Origin: an uncultured Desulfovibrionaceae bacterium
GTDB taxonomy: Bacteria; Desulfobacterota; Desulfovibrionia; Desulfovibrionales; Desulfovibrionaceae
Direction: 5' to 3'
Assembly: GCA_944325195.1 (NCBI GenBank)
Contig: CALUZB010000005.1
Location: forward strand, 24,011-88,010
DNA length: 64,000 nucleotides
The notes under the pieces are model-generated. The model was not told the origin of the DNA, ran no database searches, and worked only from the letters and a program-made list of their open reading frames with translations. Both the position numbers and the translations under genes were made by a program. Each line of letters starts with the position of its first letter. Within the stretch, counting starts at the first letter, position 1. Positions 29,603-39,703 of this stretch are shown piece after piece.

Positions 29603-30796
29603 CTAATTTTCCCGGGTTTGCGGACTTGAATCGGGTAGTGGTTGTGGCGAGGCCGGTTTCGGCGGAGTCATGTCCGTAAGCAGAATGGTTTGAGTGGGAT
29701 ATGCTCCGGGTATTTTTTCCTCGTTCAGTCTGTCCTGAATTGCCAGATTTACCTCTGACTGAGTATTCATGAAGGCGTTCAATCCGCCGGCTTGCGGGCT
29801 TACCTTGTAAATCAACTGAAAAAGAAAATTGGCCGGGCCGAACTTGAGCATGCAGCAGCGTTCATATCTGCATTGCGGAAAAGAGTTTACAACTTCCTTG
29901 ATCAGTTCGGGGAATTTCCGCACAACCGGCATAGGGTTTGTGTAGGCTATGGCAAGTTCCACCTCTACTTCCCGTTCCTTTATGCTGCCCTGGTTGACCA
30001 GAACCCCGCTGGTCATTTCCGCGTTGGCACAAACTACTGTATCTCCGTCAAGGCTGATCAGCCGGGTAGTCTTGGGGCCCACATATTCCACACTGCCCGA
30101 CTTGCCGTTGGACAACTCCACAAAATCTCCGACCTGGAACGGCTTATCGAGCAGGATTACAATATAGCTGAAGAAATCCTTCAATATTGCCTGACCGGCA
30201 AGGCCAACCGATACTCCCACGATTCCAAGTCCGGCAACAATGGTTGAAACATGCAGGCCGAGATTGTCCAGAAGAAAAGTTCCGCCTATCGCCCATATCA
30301 GCCCCTTGATTATCGGCAAGAGTGACTTGGCCTGAACTTCGTTCAAAGTGCTTCCGCGTCTCCTGAAATAAACATCCATTTGGAAGGGTATGAAACCGGT
30401 GACAAACCTGATGGCCGCCAGCGTACACAAGGCTGTGAAAATCAGATTTACGGCGTTAAGATAAACCGGGCCTATGACCACCTGATGCATGCCCCAGCCC
30501 AGGATTAACAGGTAAAGCAGGATTCTTGCATTCCTCATTGCCCGGGTGAAAAGATCTTCATCCATGAGTTGCTGAAGCTCTTCCGCTTCCTGTTCCCCTG
30601 AGCCGGTCTTTTTGTGCTTACCCAAAGCGTATTTGATGATCTTTTTCCTGATGAATTCACATACAAAATACGCGACAATCACCATGACAAGCATGGTTCC
30701 AAAGATTGAAAGCAGTTTGAGAGGATGATTGTTGGCGATGAAGTGTTTCAGGTTAAAATATTCTATGAAGTATTTCAAGGTATCCATGCTGTTCAT
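29603..30796 (-). CDS. Mechanosensitive ion channel (MscS family)
   Basis: 397 aa with TM segments, then LLDKPFQVGDFVEL..GSVEYVGPKTTRL (MscS beta-domain signature). Confidence 0.88.
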   Translation of the reverse strand: MNSMDTLKYFIEYFNLKHFIANNHPLKLLSIFGTMLVMVIVAYFVCEFIRKKIIKYALGKHKKTGSGEQEAEELQQLMDEDLFTRAMRNARILLYLLILGWGMHQVVIGPVYLNAVNLIFTALCTLAAIRFVTGFIPFQMDVYFRRRGSTLNEVQAKSLLPIIKGLIWAIGGTFLLDNLGLHVSTIVAGLGIVGVSVGLAGQAILKDFFSYIVILLDKPFQVGDFVELSNGKSGSVEYVGPKTTRLISLDGDTVVCANAEMTSGVLVNQGSIKEREVEVELAIAYTNPMPVVRKFPELIKEVVNSFPQCRYERCCMLKFGPANFLFQLIYKVSPQAGGLNAFMNTQSEVNLAIQDRLNEEKIPGAYPTQTILLTDMTPPKPASPQPLPDSSPQTREN

Positions 30797-31004
30797 TGCG
30801 GCCTCTCCCTTTTAAGAAATATATCTTCCCAAAGCGTCAAATCTCTTTCAGTCAACCCACAAACGTATAAAGGTCTTAGTACCATATCATTGAAGGAATT
30901 TCCTTAAAACCTCTTTTCGTAATTTCCAACATATTACTCTGAAGCACTTGTCAAAATCAGATATGTGACTTATTCTTATTTGAGATAATCAATCAGAATG
31001 CCTT

Positions 31005-31365
31005 GGGGGCGCCCTGGTTTCGACGGGGGTGCAGAAACCAAAGCGGCAGGTCGAGGCGCCGCTGGCCTCGTAAAAAGCGGCAAAAATGTAATTGCCAACG
31101 ACGATTACGCATACGCTTACGCTGCTTAATTAAGCAACGGGTCCGGGTGAATGACGCCTGATAGTTCAGTCGGATTTTAAAAAATTAATCAGGCTGGCTG
31201 CAACGGGGGCCGGTTGCCGTTGCAGTGAGATTCGACAATCGGCTGGCCGCCGACCGCCCGGTCAGGGGCAAAACCGGCTGCGAGACCTTAAAACCTGACC
31301 TAAACCTGTAGAAGCTTTGCGTGGAGCATTCTCGGACGCGAGTTCGATTCTCGCCGCCTCCACCA
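31005..31365 (+). ncRNA. ssrA: tmRNA (SsrA), tag ANDDYAYAYAA
   Basis: 5' GGGGGCGCCCTGGTTTCGACGGGGG. 3' GGACGCGAGTTCGATTCTCGCCGCCTCCACCA, with a G3:U pair. The tag ORF is GCC AAC GAC GAT TAC GCA TAC GCT TAC GCT GCT TAA at 31094-31129. Confidence 0.95.
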
Positions 31366-31396
31366 ATTTTCATCTCCGTAAAGTCCCGTAACGCCT

Positions 31397-31425
31397 CAAA
31401 AGCCTTGCGGGGCTTTTGCTTTTGC
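31397..31425 (+). terminator. Intrinsic terminator after ssrA
   Basis: CAAAAGCC-TTGCGG-GGCTTTTG followed by CTTTTGC. Confidence 0.6.
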
Positions 31426-31840
31426 AGACCAGACGGTCTTGCCTTGCGCAAGTCTCAGGCTATTTGCCTGACGACGTGCTCTGCCGTTCTTGTGTTAAAG
31501 ATAAACCGGCAGAACACCGTCACGCGCATTGCGACGGTCTGCGTCACCAGATTAAATGCCCGCCGAAACGCGGCAACAGCTTATTGCCATTGTCTAACCG
31601 GAAAAAGAAGATTATACTTAAGTGAATGAGCTATGGTTGTGTCGCCATAGGCAACCGGACGCCCGGCGCCTTTGGTATGGCTTAATCCCGGCACAGTCTG
31701 CGCAACATCGGACAAATCTCGGGAAATCAGCCGCTTGAAACGGCCCGCACAACCCCAAGGCAAAAAGCAGGCGTATCCGGCGGACCGGTTCACCAGATGC
31801 CCGTTTACCGGGCAGGCAAACCCGGAAAGCAAATGAGATT

Positions 31841-32554
31841 ATGGAATTTGATAAACCATTAAAAGGACTTAACGTCATTCTTGACCGGGACGGCACAGTC
31901 ATTGCGGAAAAGCATTATCTGTCCGCCCCGGAGCAGGTGGAGTTGCTGCCCGGCGTGGCCGCCGCCCTGCGCAGGCTTTGCCGGGCCGGAGCCAGACTGT
32001 TCATTGTGACCAATCAATCGGGCATCGGGCGGGGCTACTTCAGCCTGGACGCCTATGAACAGGTGGCGGCAAGGCTGTCCGCCCTGCTTAAGGCGGAAGG
32101 AGTGGAATTGGAAGCCACGCTTTTCTGTCCTCACGCCCCGGCGGACCGGTGCGCCTGCCGCAAACCGGACATCGGAATGTGGCTGGAATTGAGCCGCAAA
32201 TTCGCCCTTGCCCCGGAACAGAGCGTGATGATCGGCGATAAAATGGACGACATCAGATTCGGCCTGAACAGCGGGCTTGCCGCCGTGATTCTGGTGCTTA
32301 CCGGGCACGGCCGGGAAACAGCCGCCAAGTATGGGTTCCGCACGCCCGCCTCTGCCGCTGGCGTTTGCGCTCCCACAGCCCTTTCCCCCAACCGCCCACT
32401 GCACCGCCAAAGTGCCGCCGCCGGAACCGGCCCCGCCGTTCCCCTTGCACCGGACGCTCCGGACGCGCCCGCTCCTCACCTCATTGCCCATGACCTGCCC
32501 GCGGCCGCGGACTGGATTATGCGGAACCTCAGGCAAGACCGGCCATGCGCATAG
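31841..32554 (+). CDS. gmhB: D,D-heptose 1,7-bisphosphate phosphatase (HAD-IIIA) with a P/A-rich C-terminal tail of about 70 aa
   Basis: Sequence: ILDRDGTVI...VTNQSGIGRGYFS...CPHAP..CACRKPDIGM...IGDKMDDI. Confidence 0.85.
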   Translation: MEFDKPLKGLNVILDRDGTVIAEKHYLSAPEQVELLPGVAAALRRLCRAGARLFIVTNQSGIGRGYFSLDAYEQVAARLSALLKAEGVELEATLFCPHAPADRCACRKPDIGMWLELSRKFALAPEQSVMIGDKMDDIRFGLNSGLAAVILVLTGHGRETAAKYGFRTPASAAGVCAPTALSPNRPLHRQSAAAGTGPAVPLAPDAPDAPAPHLIAHDLPAAADWIMRNLRQDRPCA

Positions 32555-33633
32555 CTGTCTGGAACACCGCCTGGCTGGGCGACAGTGTGCTCACCCTGCC
32601 CCTGATCGAACTGGTGAAAAACCATTTTCCCAATGCCGCTATCGACTTTTATGTGCGTCAGGGCCTGGGCGGTCTTTTCACCTGTCATCCGGCCATTGCC
32701 CGGGTCTTTGAATTCAATAAGAAACAGCACACCGGCCCGGCTACACTATACCGCTACGGGCGCGGTCTGGCCGCGCGGAAATATTCCATCTGGCTCAGCG
32801 CCCACCGCAGTTGGCGCAGCAGTTTCATTGCCCAACTGGCCAGCGCGCCGATCCGCATCGGCTACAATTCCGGTCCGCTCAGCCGCCTGATTTACACCCA
32901 CACTGTGGAACGGGATTTTTACAAGCTGGCGGAAATCGAGCGCATTCTCAAGCTGGCCGTTCCTCTGGGCATTGAGCTGAACCTGGATACAGATTTGAAC
33001 ATGAACGCCGCCCCCGACAAGTCCAGCCCCGCCCATTGGCCGCATCTGGCGCTCTGCCCGGAAGCGGAAGCAAAAGCGGACGCAATCCGGCAAAGTCTCG
33101 CCCCGGACCGCCCGGTGCTGGGCATTCACCCCGGCGCCGCCTGGCCCACAAAACGCTGGCCCGTGGAAAACGTAATTGCGGTGGCCCGCCTGGCTGCAGC
33201 GCATCAGGTGCAGATCATCCTGTTCGGGGCTCCCGGCGAACAGGTGGAAACGGACGCGGTGAGCGCGGCCATGCAGGATTACCCCGGGTTCATCAATCTG
33301 GCCGGGCAACTCAGCCTGCCCCAACTGGCTGCCTGTCTGGGCCGCCTGGACTGCTTTCTGAGCAACGACTCCGGCCCCATGCACCTGGCCTGGGTGCAGA
33401 ACACCCCGGTAACCGCGGTGTTCGGCCCCACAGTACGCGCGCTGGGCTTCTTCCCGCGCGGGCCGCACAGCACGGTAATTGAAACCAAGCTGTCTTGCCG
33501 CCCCTGTGGGCTGCACGGACACCGTAAATGCCCGAAAGGGCACCACGCCTGTATGCGCAACATCACCCCCCAACAAGTCTGGGCCGATATTGCAAGGAAG
33601 TTGAAACTGGCTGGGAGCACAACGACTTGTTAA
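32545..33633 (+). CDS. Glycosyltransferase family 9 (LPS heptosyltransferase)
   Basis: 362 aa. Sequence: MRIAVWNTAWLGDSVLTLPLI...NDSGPMHLA. It overlaps gmhB by 10 nt. Confidence 0.85.
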   Translation: MRIAVWNTAWLGDSVLTLPLIELVKNHFPNAAIDFYVRQGLGGLFTCHPAIARVFEFNKKQHTGPATLYRYGRGLAARKYSIWLSAHRSWRSSFIAQLASAPIRIGYNSGPLSRLIYTHTVERDFYKLAEIERILKLAVPLGIELNLDTDLNMNAAPDKSSPAHWPHLALCPEAEAKADAIRQSLAPDRPVLGIHPGAAWPTKRWPVENVIAVARLAAAHQVQIILFGAPGEQVETDAVSAAMQDYPGFINLAGQLSLPQLAACLGRLDCFLSNDSGPMHLAWVQNTPVTAVFGPTVRALGFFPRGPHSTVIETKLSCRPCGLHGHRKCPKGHHACMRNITPQQVWADIARKLKLAGSTTTC

Positions 33634-33640
33634 ACTTAGA

Positions 33641-33676
33641 GGCGGTTCCAAAAAACCGTAAAGGATTTTTGATGAA
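33641..33676 (+). repeat. Solo fragment of the mosaic repeat (right-end hairpin + AAAGGATTTTTGATGAA)
   Basis: GGCGGTTCCAAAAAACCGTAAAGGATTTTTGATGAA compares with GCGGTTTCAAACCGCAAAGGAATTTTTGA (copy D) and ...TTTTTGATGAAC (copy A). Confidence 0.55.
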
Positions 33677-33815
33677 TGTAAAATTACTCCGCTCTATTGA
33701 CTTTAAAGCGCCCGACCGGATAAAATGATTTCAAGGCGAGAGGGTAAGCTGCTTAAAAACAGGGACAAATCTAAAGCGACCCGCCAATCGCCAACCCAGG
33801 GAGACGAGGTGCTGC

Positions 33816-34571
33816 ATGGGACTGATCAAAACCAGCGAAGATGTGATCTGTCGTTGTGGAATTTGCATGAGTCAGTGTATTTTCCCCTTTGACAGTCAGG
33901 ATATGGAAATACAACGGCATAATTTCGGGGCGATTTCCGGCAAAACCCTGACCACCATTTTGAACTGCACCCATGTGCCTAAACAGGCCGCGGTTATTTT
34001 CGTGGGCGGCTTTATGGATACGCTTTTCTGCAGTCTGCTCAAGCTGGCCCAAACCTACTCCGGCCTCAATCCCACCCAGGACGTGTGGTATGCCTCTTAT
34101 GATGCCCCGAAGCAAATCGCGGAAATTCTGCGGGCATACAGCCTGGCAAAGCAGCCGATTGTTCTGGTGGGGCACAGTTGGGGCGGAGATGCCGCCGCCC
34201 GCCTGCCCGCTGCCTGCCCGGAATTCCATGTGGATCTCCTGGTCACCCTTGACCCGGTATCGAAAAAAGGTCCCCCGCCCAAAAGCCCCAATCTGGGCGC
34301 CTGGGTCAATTTTTATGTTGACTACCAGCTCAGCCGCCCCCACCGTTCAAACTTTCTGGCCAAAATCGGCGGCCCCTGGAACGCTGTTCCTCAAGCCGAT
34401 CTGAACGTATCCCAGAAAGAATGGGGCAAACTACCCCACTCCACCGGCCGGAAACAACTGGACGAGCTGCACCATGCCGACGTGCTCTGGATGCTGTGCT
34501 ACGAACCCCTGGCCCGCCTCTGGAATCAGGTTCTGCCCAACTCCAATCCGGTCTGTCCGCCCGCTCCTTAA
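33816..34571 (+). CDS. Putative alpha/beta-fold hydrolase (GHSWGG nucleophile elbow); start uncertain
   Basis: 251 aa. Sequence: VFVGGFMDT...IVLVGHSWGGDAA...TLDPVS...LHHAD, a Ser-Asp-His-like order. Confidence 0.5.
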   Translation: MGLIKTSEDVICRCGICMSQCIFPFDSQDMEIQRHNFGAISGKTLTTILNCTHVPKQAAVIFVGGFMDTLFCSLLKLAQTYSGLNPTQDVWYASYDAPKQIAEILRAYSLAKQPIVLVGHSWGGDAAARLPAACPEFHVDLLVTLDPVSKKGPPPKSPNLGAWVNFYVDYQLSRPHRSNFLAKIGGPWNAVPQADLNVSQKEWGKLPHSTGRKQLDELHHADVLWMLCYEPLARLWNQVLPNSNPVCPPAP

Positions 34572-34909
34572 AGCGTTTGCTTCCGAAACTGCAATCCGGC
34601 AGGCGGCTTGCGCTTGGGGGTGCTCACCCGGCCCGCAAGTCTGCTGTCGCCAAAGCGGTAAGGTACTGGCCAAAGCAGGGTAAAGCCTGTGCGGTGTGGA
34701 AAAGGGCAGGCCACATTCGCTCTGCGCGCTTTTCACGTCCGCCGGAAGAAGCGGTCCGGCTTTGAACTTATTTTCACAAAAGCCGCCCCTACCCCTTGAA
34801 CATCTGATAGGTTTGACGTAAAGTCAGGGTTGGGAAGGCTGTTCCGCCAACAGGCGGCGTCTCGCCCGGATAGTCAGTTTTCGTAAATTCAAGGATTATC
34901 GGAGCAGTT

Positions 34910-35992
34910 ATGCAAATAGATTATCAATTACTGGAAAAAAGCAAACAGAAACAGCCGATCACTTCCGTCAAGGGCGTTTCCTTCGGCAGTATCCGCACCA
35001 ACCATATGTTTGTAATGAATTATGAAGACAATGAATGGAAAAACCCGCGGATAGTGCCGTATGGGCCGTTCAGCATTGCTCCGGGGGCGATCTGCCTGCA
35101 CTACGCTCAGGAAATTTTCGAGGGGGCCAAGGCCTACATGCACAGCGACGGAGAGCTGCGGCTGTTCCGCATGGACAAAAACGCGGAAAGATTCAATCAC
35201 TCGGCGGCGGAACTGATGATGCCGGAAGTGCCGGTGGAGCTGCACCTGGAAGCGGCCATGCGCCTGATTGACGTTGAGCGCGACTGGTGCCCCAATGAGC
35301 CGGAATCTTCCCTGTATATCCGCCCGTTTATGTTCGGAACCCAGGATTCACTGGGGGTGAAAATAAGCAACTCCTATATCTTCTGCATCATGGTTTCACC
35401 TTGCGGGCCCTATTATCCGGGCGGTTTTTCCAAAACAATCCGCCTGCTGATTACGGAAAAATTCCACCGCGCCGTGTCCGGCGGAACCGGCACAGCCAAA
35501 TGCGGCGGCAACTACGCCGGATCGCTCAAACCCGCGGCTTATGCGCAGAAAATGGGCGCGGACCAGGTGCTTTATCTCGACGCCAACAACCGCTTCATTG
35601 AGGAAGTGGGCACTACCAACCACTACCATGTGTTGAAAGACGGCACTTTCATCATTCCCCAATTCAGCGACTCCATTTTGAAATCCATTACCTCCCGCTC
35701 GGTGCTCGAGCTGGCTGATATGGGCAAAGTGAAAGCCCGCAACGAGCGCATCGGCATCGACGATTTCATTGCAGGGGTGAAAAGCGGCGAAATCATTGAA
35801 GCGGGCGGGTTCGGAACCGCCGCGGTAATTTCCCCGGTGGGCTCGTATGTCTTCGACAACGGCGAGGTCATTACTGTGGGTAACGGAGAAGTAGGACAGT
35901 ACAGTAAAGACCTGTATAAGCTGTACACGGACATTCAGACCGGCAAGACCCCGGCGCCCGCGGGCTGGCTGCAAACAGTTCCCCGCTATTAG
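34910..35992 (+). CDS. ilvE: Branched-chain amino acid aminotransferase
   Basis: 360 aa, long-form class IV aminotransferase. Sequence: FEGAKAY...RPF..G....LGV...GGTGTAKCGGNYA. Confidence 0.93.
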   Translation: MQIDYQLLEKSKQKQPITSVKGVSFGSIRTNHMFVMNYEDNEWKNPRIVPYGPFSIAPGAICLHYAQEIFEGAKAYMHSDGELRLFRMDKNAERFNHSAAELMMPEVPVELHLEAAMRLIDVERDWCPNEPESSLYIRPFMFGTQDSLGVKISNSYIFCIMVSPCGPYYPGGFSKTIRLLITEKFHRAVSGGTGTAKCGGNYAGSLKPAAYAQKMGADQVLYLDANNRFIEEVGTTNHYHVLKDGTFIIPQFSDSILKSITSRSVLELADMGKVKARNERIGIDDFIAGVKSGEIIEAGGFGTAAVISPVGSYVFDNGEVITVGNGEVGQYSKDLYKLYTDIQTGKTPAPAGWLQTVPRY

Positions 35993-36025
35993 GGCGCATT
36001 AAAAGTTCATCAGGGCTTGAGGCTT

Positions 36026-36054
36026 TCCCGAAAGGCGGGATTGCGGATTGAAAC
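36026..36054 (-). repeat. Solo CRISPR-repeat-like unit (small hairpin + GCGGATTGAAAC on the plus strand)
   Basis: TCCCGAAAGGCGGGATTGCGGATTGAAAC lies 34 nt after the ilvE stop. It shares GGATTGAAAC with the four full copies. Confidence 0.5.
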
Positions 36055-36909
36055 TTTACTGAACAGCTCCGGCGTCGGAGAGGAAACCCGCTGAGCAGGT
36101 TGAAGCAGCCGGGTTACAGTGTGGCGTTTGCTCGCCCGACGCCCGGAGCCTGATTGGGTAAAGGGACTGACCAGGACAGAGTATTGAACTGCAAACACAA
36201 TGCTCCTGAATTCCAGGGTACACAAGCATGCGCCGCCAAACCCTTCAGGACGGGGTGGGGCTCCATTCGGCCTGAAGGCCGAGCTCTCAGACTCCAAAGA
36301 AATTTTGGATAACGGGTAATGCCTCTCAGAATATTGAATTGCAAATCAAGTCTTTAGACGGACGCCGGGAGTGGATGTAAAAGCGATATCCGGCATCTGA
36401 AACCAAGCCGAAAATGGGATATTGTAAGGCCGGTGAGCTCAATTGTCCGGCGGCGGCTGTAAACAGGCCGGGAAATCGCGGTTTTGGCGGCATGCTTCGC
36501 ATAAATCAACCGGTCTGACCGGGCGTTATGCAATGAGTTACAGGCAGTCGGCGCAATATCGGCCGGAACGTAAGGAAATGGCGGATCTGACCGCCGATCC
36601 GGAGAGTTGAGTCACGTAATATCTGAGCAGAACAGGGCCTGAACCGATCCCGGTAAGCGGTAAAGCGCCCGGATAGTGCGGGCACAGCGACCACCACGAC
36701 CGTTCGCGGTTCAACCTTGCAGCGGAACGAAAAGCAATGCGGCAGCCATGCGGCTGTTTCTCGTTCCGTCTCTGCTGTTCTGACGATGCGCCGGGTTGCC
36801 GGTTATGGTTGTGGCGCCGGTAATGGACAGGTTGTTTCGCGCGGCTGGAATATCGGGCAAACCACTCTGAAAGCATTGAAGGCAGACCTTAGACCTTAAG
36901 GAAGCTCAA

Positions 36910-37998
36910 ATGACAAATCCTACCCCGTTAGCCAGTGTAATCATGCCCAGCTATAATGGGGCCCGGTTCATTGAACCGGCTGTTCGCTCCATTCTCGCGC
37001 AAACCTGGCCGAACCTGGAACTGGTGATTGTTGACGACGCCTCCAGCGATTCCACCCCGCAAATTGTGGAGAAAATCAGCCGCGACTATTGTGGGCCGCA
37101 CCGCATCAAGTTGGTCAGACGACAGTGCAACGGGGGCATTTCCGCCGCCACCAACACCGCCCTGGAAAACGCGGCGGGAAGCTATATCCTGCCTATGGAC
37201 CACGATGATCTGGCTTTGCCGCACCAGGTGTCCACCTGTGTGCGCTTCCTTGAACAGCGGCCGGAACTGGCCGGGTGTGGGGCCGGGCATGTGGTTTTAC
37301 ATAAATGCGCCCTGCTGAACCGTATCCGGGCGGCAAAAACAACGGCAAGCGCCGCCCTCATCAACCCGGAACAGGTGTTTGCCTCGTCGCTGTTCGGCGG
37401 AATGCTGTTCAATCCTACTGTCTGCTTCCGGGCGGAAGCCCTGAACCTGCTTGACTACCCGTTCGACCCGACCCTGAGCGTGGGCGCCGACAACGACTTC
37501 TACGCCCGCCTGCAACAGGCCGGCGCCGCGTTTGCGGTTCTTCCGCAAGTGGTCACCCTCTACCGCCGCCACGGCGGCAATGCCTCCTTGAACAATAAAG
37601 ACGCCGCGCGCACCTGCCGCCAGATGATTGCAACTCGGGCCGCCCTCAACCTGGTTCCCGATGCAAGCCCGGCTGAGCTGGCCCTGCACGCCCGCCTGAC
37701 CGCCCGCGACAAAAGCTTTGCTCCGGCCGATTTGCCGCCCCTGCGGGCCTGGTTTCTGCGTCTGCTGAGCTCTCCCGCCCCTCGCGCCCGCGCTGCCGAC
37801 CCCGCCGGTGCGGGCCTGAAATCTGTTCTCGCGCTCAACTGGAACCGGGCTTGTGTGCTGGCCGCTTTAATCAATTTCAGAGCAGGCTGGCGCGCATATG
37901 GCGGCATCCCTGAGCTTGCCCCCTACCTGCCCTCACGCCGCACCTTTCTATACCAATATCAAAAGCGTAAGTTGGGCAGAATATTCAAGGGCAGATAA
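36910..37998 (+). CDS. Glycosyltransferase family 2
   Basis: 362 aa. Sequence: VIMPSYNGARFIEPAVRSILAQTWPNLELVIVDDASSD...MDHDD. Confidence 0.85.
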   Translation: MTNPTPLASVIMPSYNGARFIEPAVRSILAQTWPNLELVIVDDASSDSTPQIVEKISRDYCGPHRIKLVRRQCNGGISAATNTALENAAGSYILPMDHDDLALPHQVSTCVRFLEQRPELAGCGAGHVVLHKCALLNRIRAAKTTASAALINPEQVFASSLFGGMLFNPTVCFRAEALNLLDYPFDPTLSVGADNDFYARLQQAGAAFAVLPQVVTLYRRHGGNASLNNKDAARTCRQMIATRAALNLVPDASPAELALHARLTARDKSFAPADLPPLRAWFLRLLSSPAPRARAADPAGAGLKSVLALNWNRACVLAALINFRAGWRAYGGIPELAPYLPSRRTFLYQYQKRKLGRIFKGR

Positions 37999-38277
37999 AG
38001 GAAAATCCACTCTTCTTACGCGCTGTCCGGCGGACGGAGCGACAAAGAAGCGGCCGCCGCGCACTTAACCGTCAAATTATGCGCAATCAGCCGATGAGCA
38101 GCAATGCCGCAAGGCAGTCTGCCGGTTTGCCGGCAAACCGGCCCGCTCAGTCAGATACTCCCAATCCTCTCCCCCGCCAAGCAAATTAACCTGCAATTCA
38201 TTTGCTCTAAGCGCGGCGCCCGCCCCCTCCAAAGGCGGGTTGGTTGCTGCCTTGGCTTGGAGATACTCTCCCATGCA

Positions 38278-38312
38278 AAAGTCCCGACATTCTGCTCAAA
38301 TGTCGGGACTTT
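38278..38312. terminator. Perfect 13-bp hairpin; a T-run follows it on the minus strand
   Basis: AAAGTCCCGACAT-TCTGCTCAA-ATGTCGGGACTTT. The minus-strand reading is followed by TTTTGCA. Confidence 0.45.
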
Positions 38313-38714
38313 CCGCCCCCAAGGAATACCCCTGAGGACTGTTTGGAGGACTGACTGATAAATTCACATCAAAAATTGCTCACATCTTCCGCTGCTGTTT
38401 TCCTTCCGACTGTCCGTTCTTCCGGGCAGACAACGCCTGATATACTCCGGATTGCTTGTTCCCTCTGTTCTGTTTGTTTCAATCCTTAATCCGCCTGTCC
38501 GTCTGCTTGCGCCGTAACTGCCGGACAGAGTTTGCGGGCTTGCCCCCGCATTTCGGAAAGAGTCAAGGAAAACAATTTCCTCAATTTCGCCGCTTTCTCA
38601 ATGACTTTCTTCACTTCAAGGAGTGAGTTGCAACCCCAAGAGGAGTTCCGGGAAACAGATAATCACCTGTAAGCACCCAGCCAAGGCGCCCTCTCCAACA
38701 CCTGTTCCTGCAGC

Positions 38715-39251
38715 TTAAAAACTATACCCGTAAGATACGCCCCACGTATCATATCCCGGATCGGTATCGGTAATTCCCCAAGTGGAGTAATGAGTATATT
38801 GTCCTTCAATTCTGTGTTGAAGTCTGTCGCCGAAATCCACGCCCACCGCGCCCTTGGTCATAATCAGCACGTTGCTTCCCAAATCCTTGTGATCCAGGTG
38901 GTCATCAGACAGAATGGTGGGGCCGATTGCGCCGGACAGATACGGCCTGAACCCGGCGGTAGTGAACATTCTGAAACGCAGCCCCATAGGAATAGTGGCT
39001 CCCCACACGGTATCGCCGTGGTCCGGCACCCAAGCGTGGGCGCTGATGCCCAGCGACGGGGTAATGTCGAACAAATCGCCGGAATAAAACGGATCAAACT
39101 GCTGCCTTACCCCAAGCTGATAAGCCATAGAATCATCATCTCCGCCGGCGATGCTTCCCTCCAGAGTCACGTCATTGGCATAAGCCATTGCCGATGTGGC
39201 AATCAAAAGCCCGGTAACAAGGCACACCATGTAAAGAAATTTCCGCATCAT
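38715..39251 (-). CDS. Outer-membrane acyloxyacyl hydrolase / lipid A 3-O-deacylase (PagL-like)
   Basis: 178 aa with a signal peptide, beta-barrel-like alternation, an HYS motif (QYTHYSTWG) and a C-terminal aromatic residue (YSF). Confidence 0.7.
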   Translation of the reverse strand: MMRKFLYMVCLVTGLLIATSAMAYANDVTLEGSIAGGDDDSMAYQLGVRQQFDPFYSGDLFDITPSLGISAHAWVPDHGDTVWGATIPMGLRFRMFTTAGFRPYLSGAIGPTILSDDHLDHKDLGSNVLIMTKGAVGVDFGDRLQHRIEGQYTHYSTWGITDTDPGYDTWGVSYGYSF

Positions 39252-39703
39252 TGCACCTCTTGAGGAACGCTACAAACCGTCGGCCACTGCCCGACCTGCT
39301 GAACTCCTTTCTGCTTGTTTATAGTTACTGAATTTTCTAAAGAATGTCTAGAGTTTTTTTAGGTAATCTGAAGGAAGCCGACTTGTATATTGCGACATGC
39401 TGCAAAAGCCCCCGAACAGACTGGATTTAAAAGCTGATTGCTCCGACGCCGCGCGCCGACGAACATCCATGCCGGTTGTTTACGGGAAAGCCACGGTTTT
39501 TCTGAAACAAACGGCACACAAGCTCTGACATACGGAACATTCATCGGGAAACGCTCTGAGCCGCAAAACCGGCGCTGAACCCCCCGCCGGAAGATAACGC
39601 AAGCGAAAATGCGGCGGCGGCATATCTCCCCACCAACAAACAGTAAGCAACAACGGAATAGACGCCCGGACAATAACCGGCCGCATTCGTCCCTCGGTGT
39701 CGC

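Noticed and set aside
36085-36125. SRP-RNA-like GAAGCAGCC, and a sigma54-like GG..GC near 36205-36230
   Set aside because: Only short fragments match. The SRP domain IV context is absent, and the GG-N10-GC spacing does not fit.
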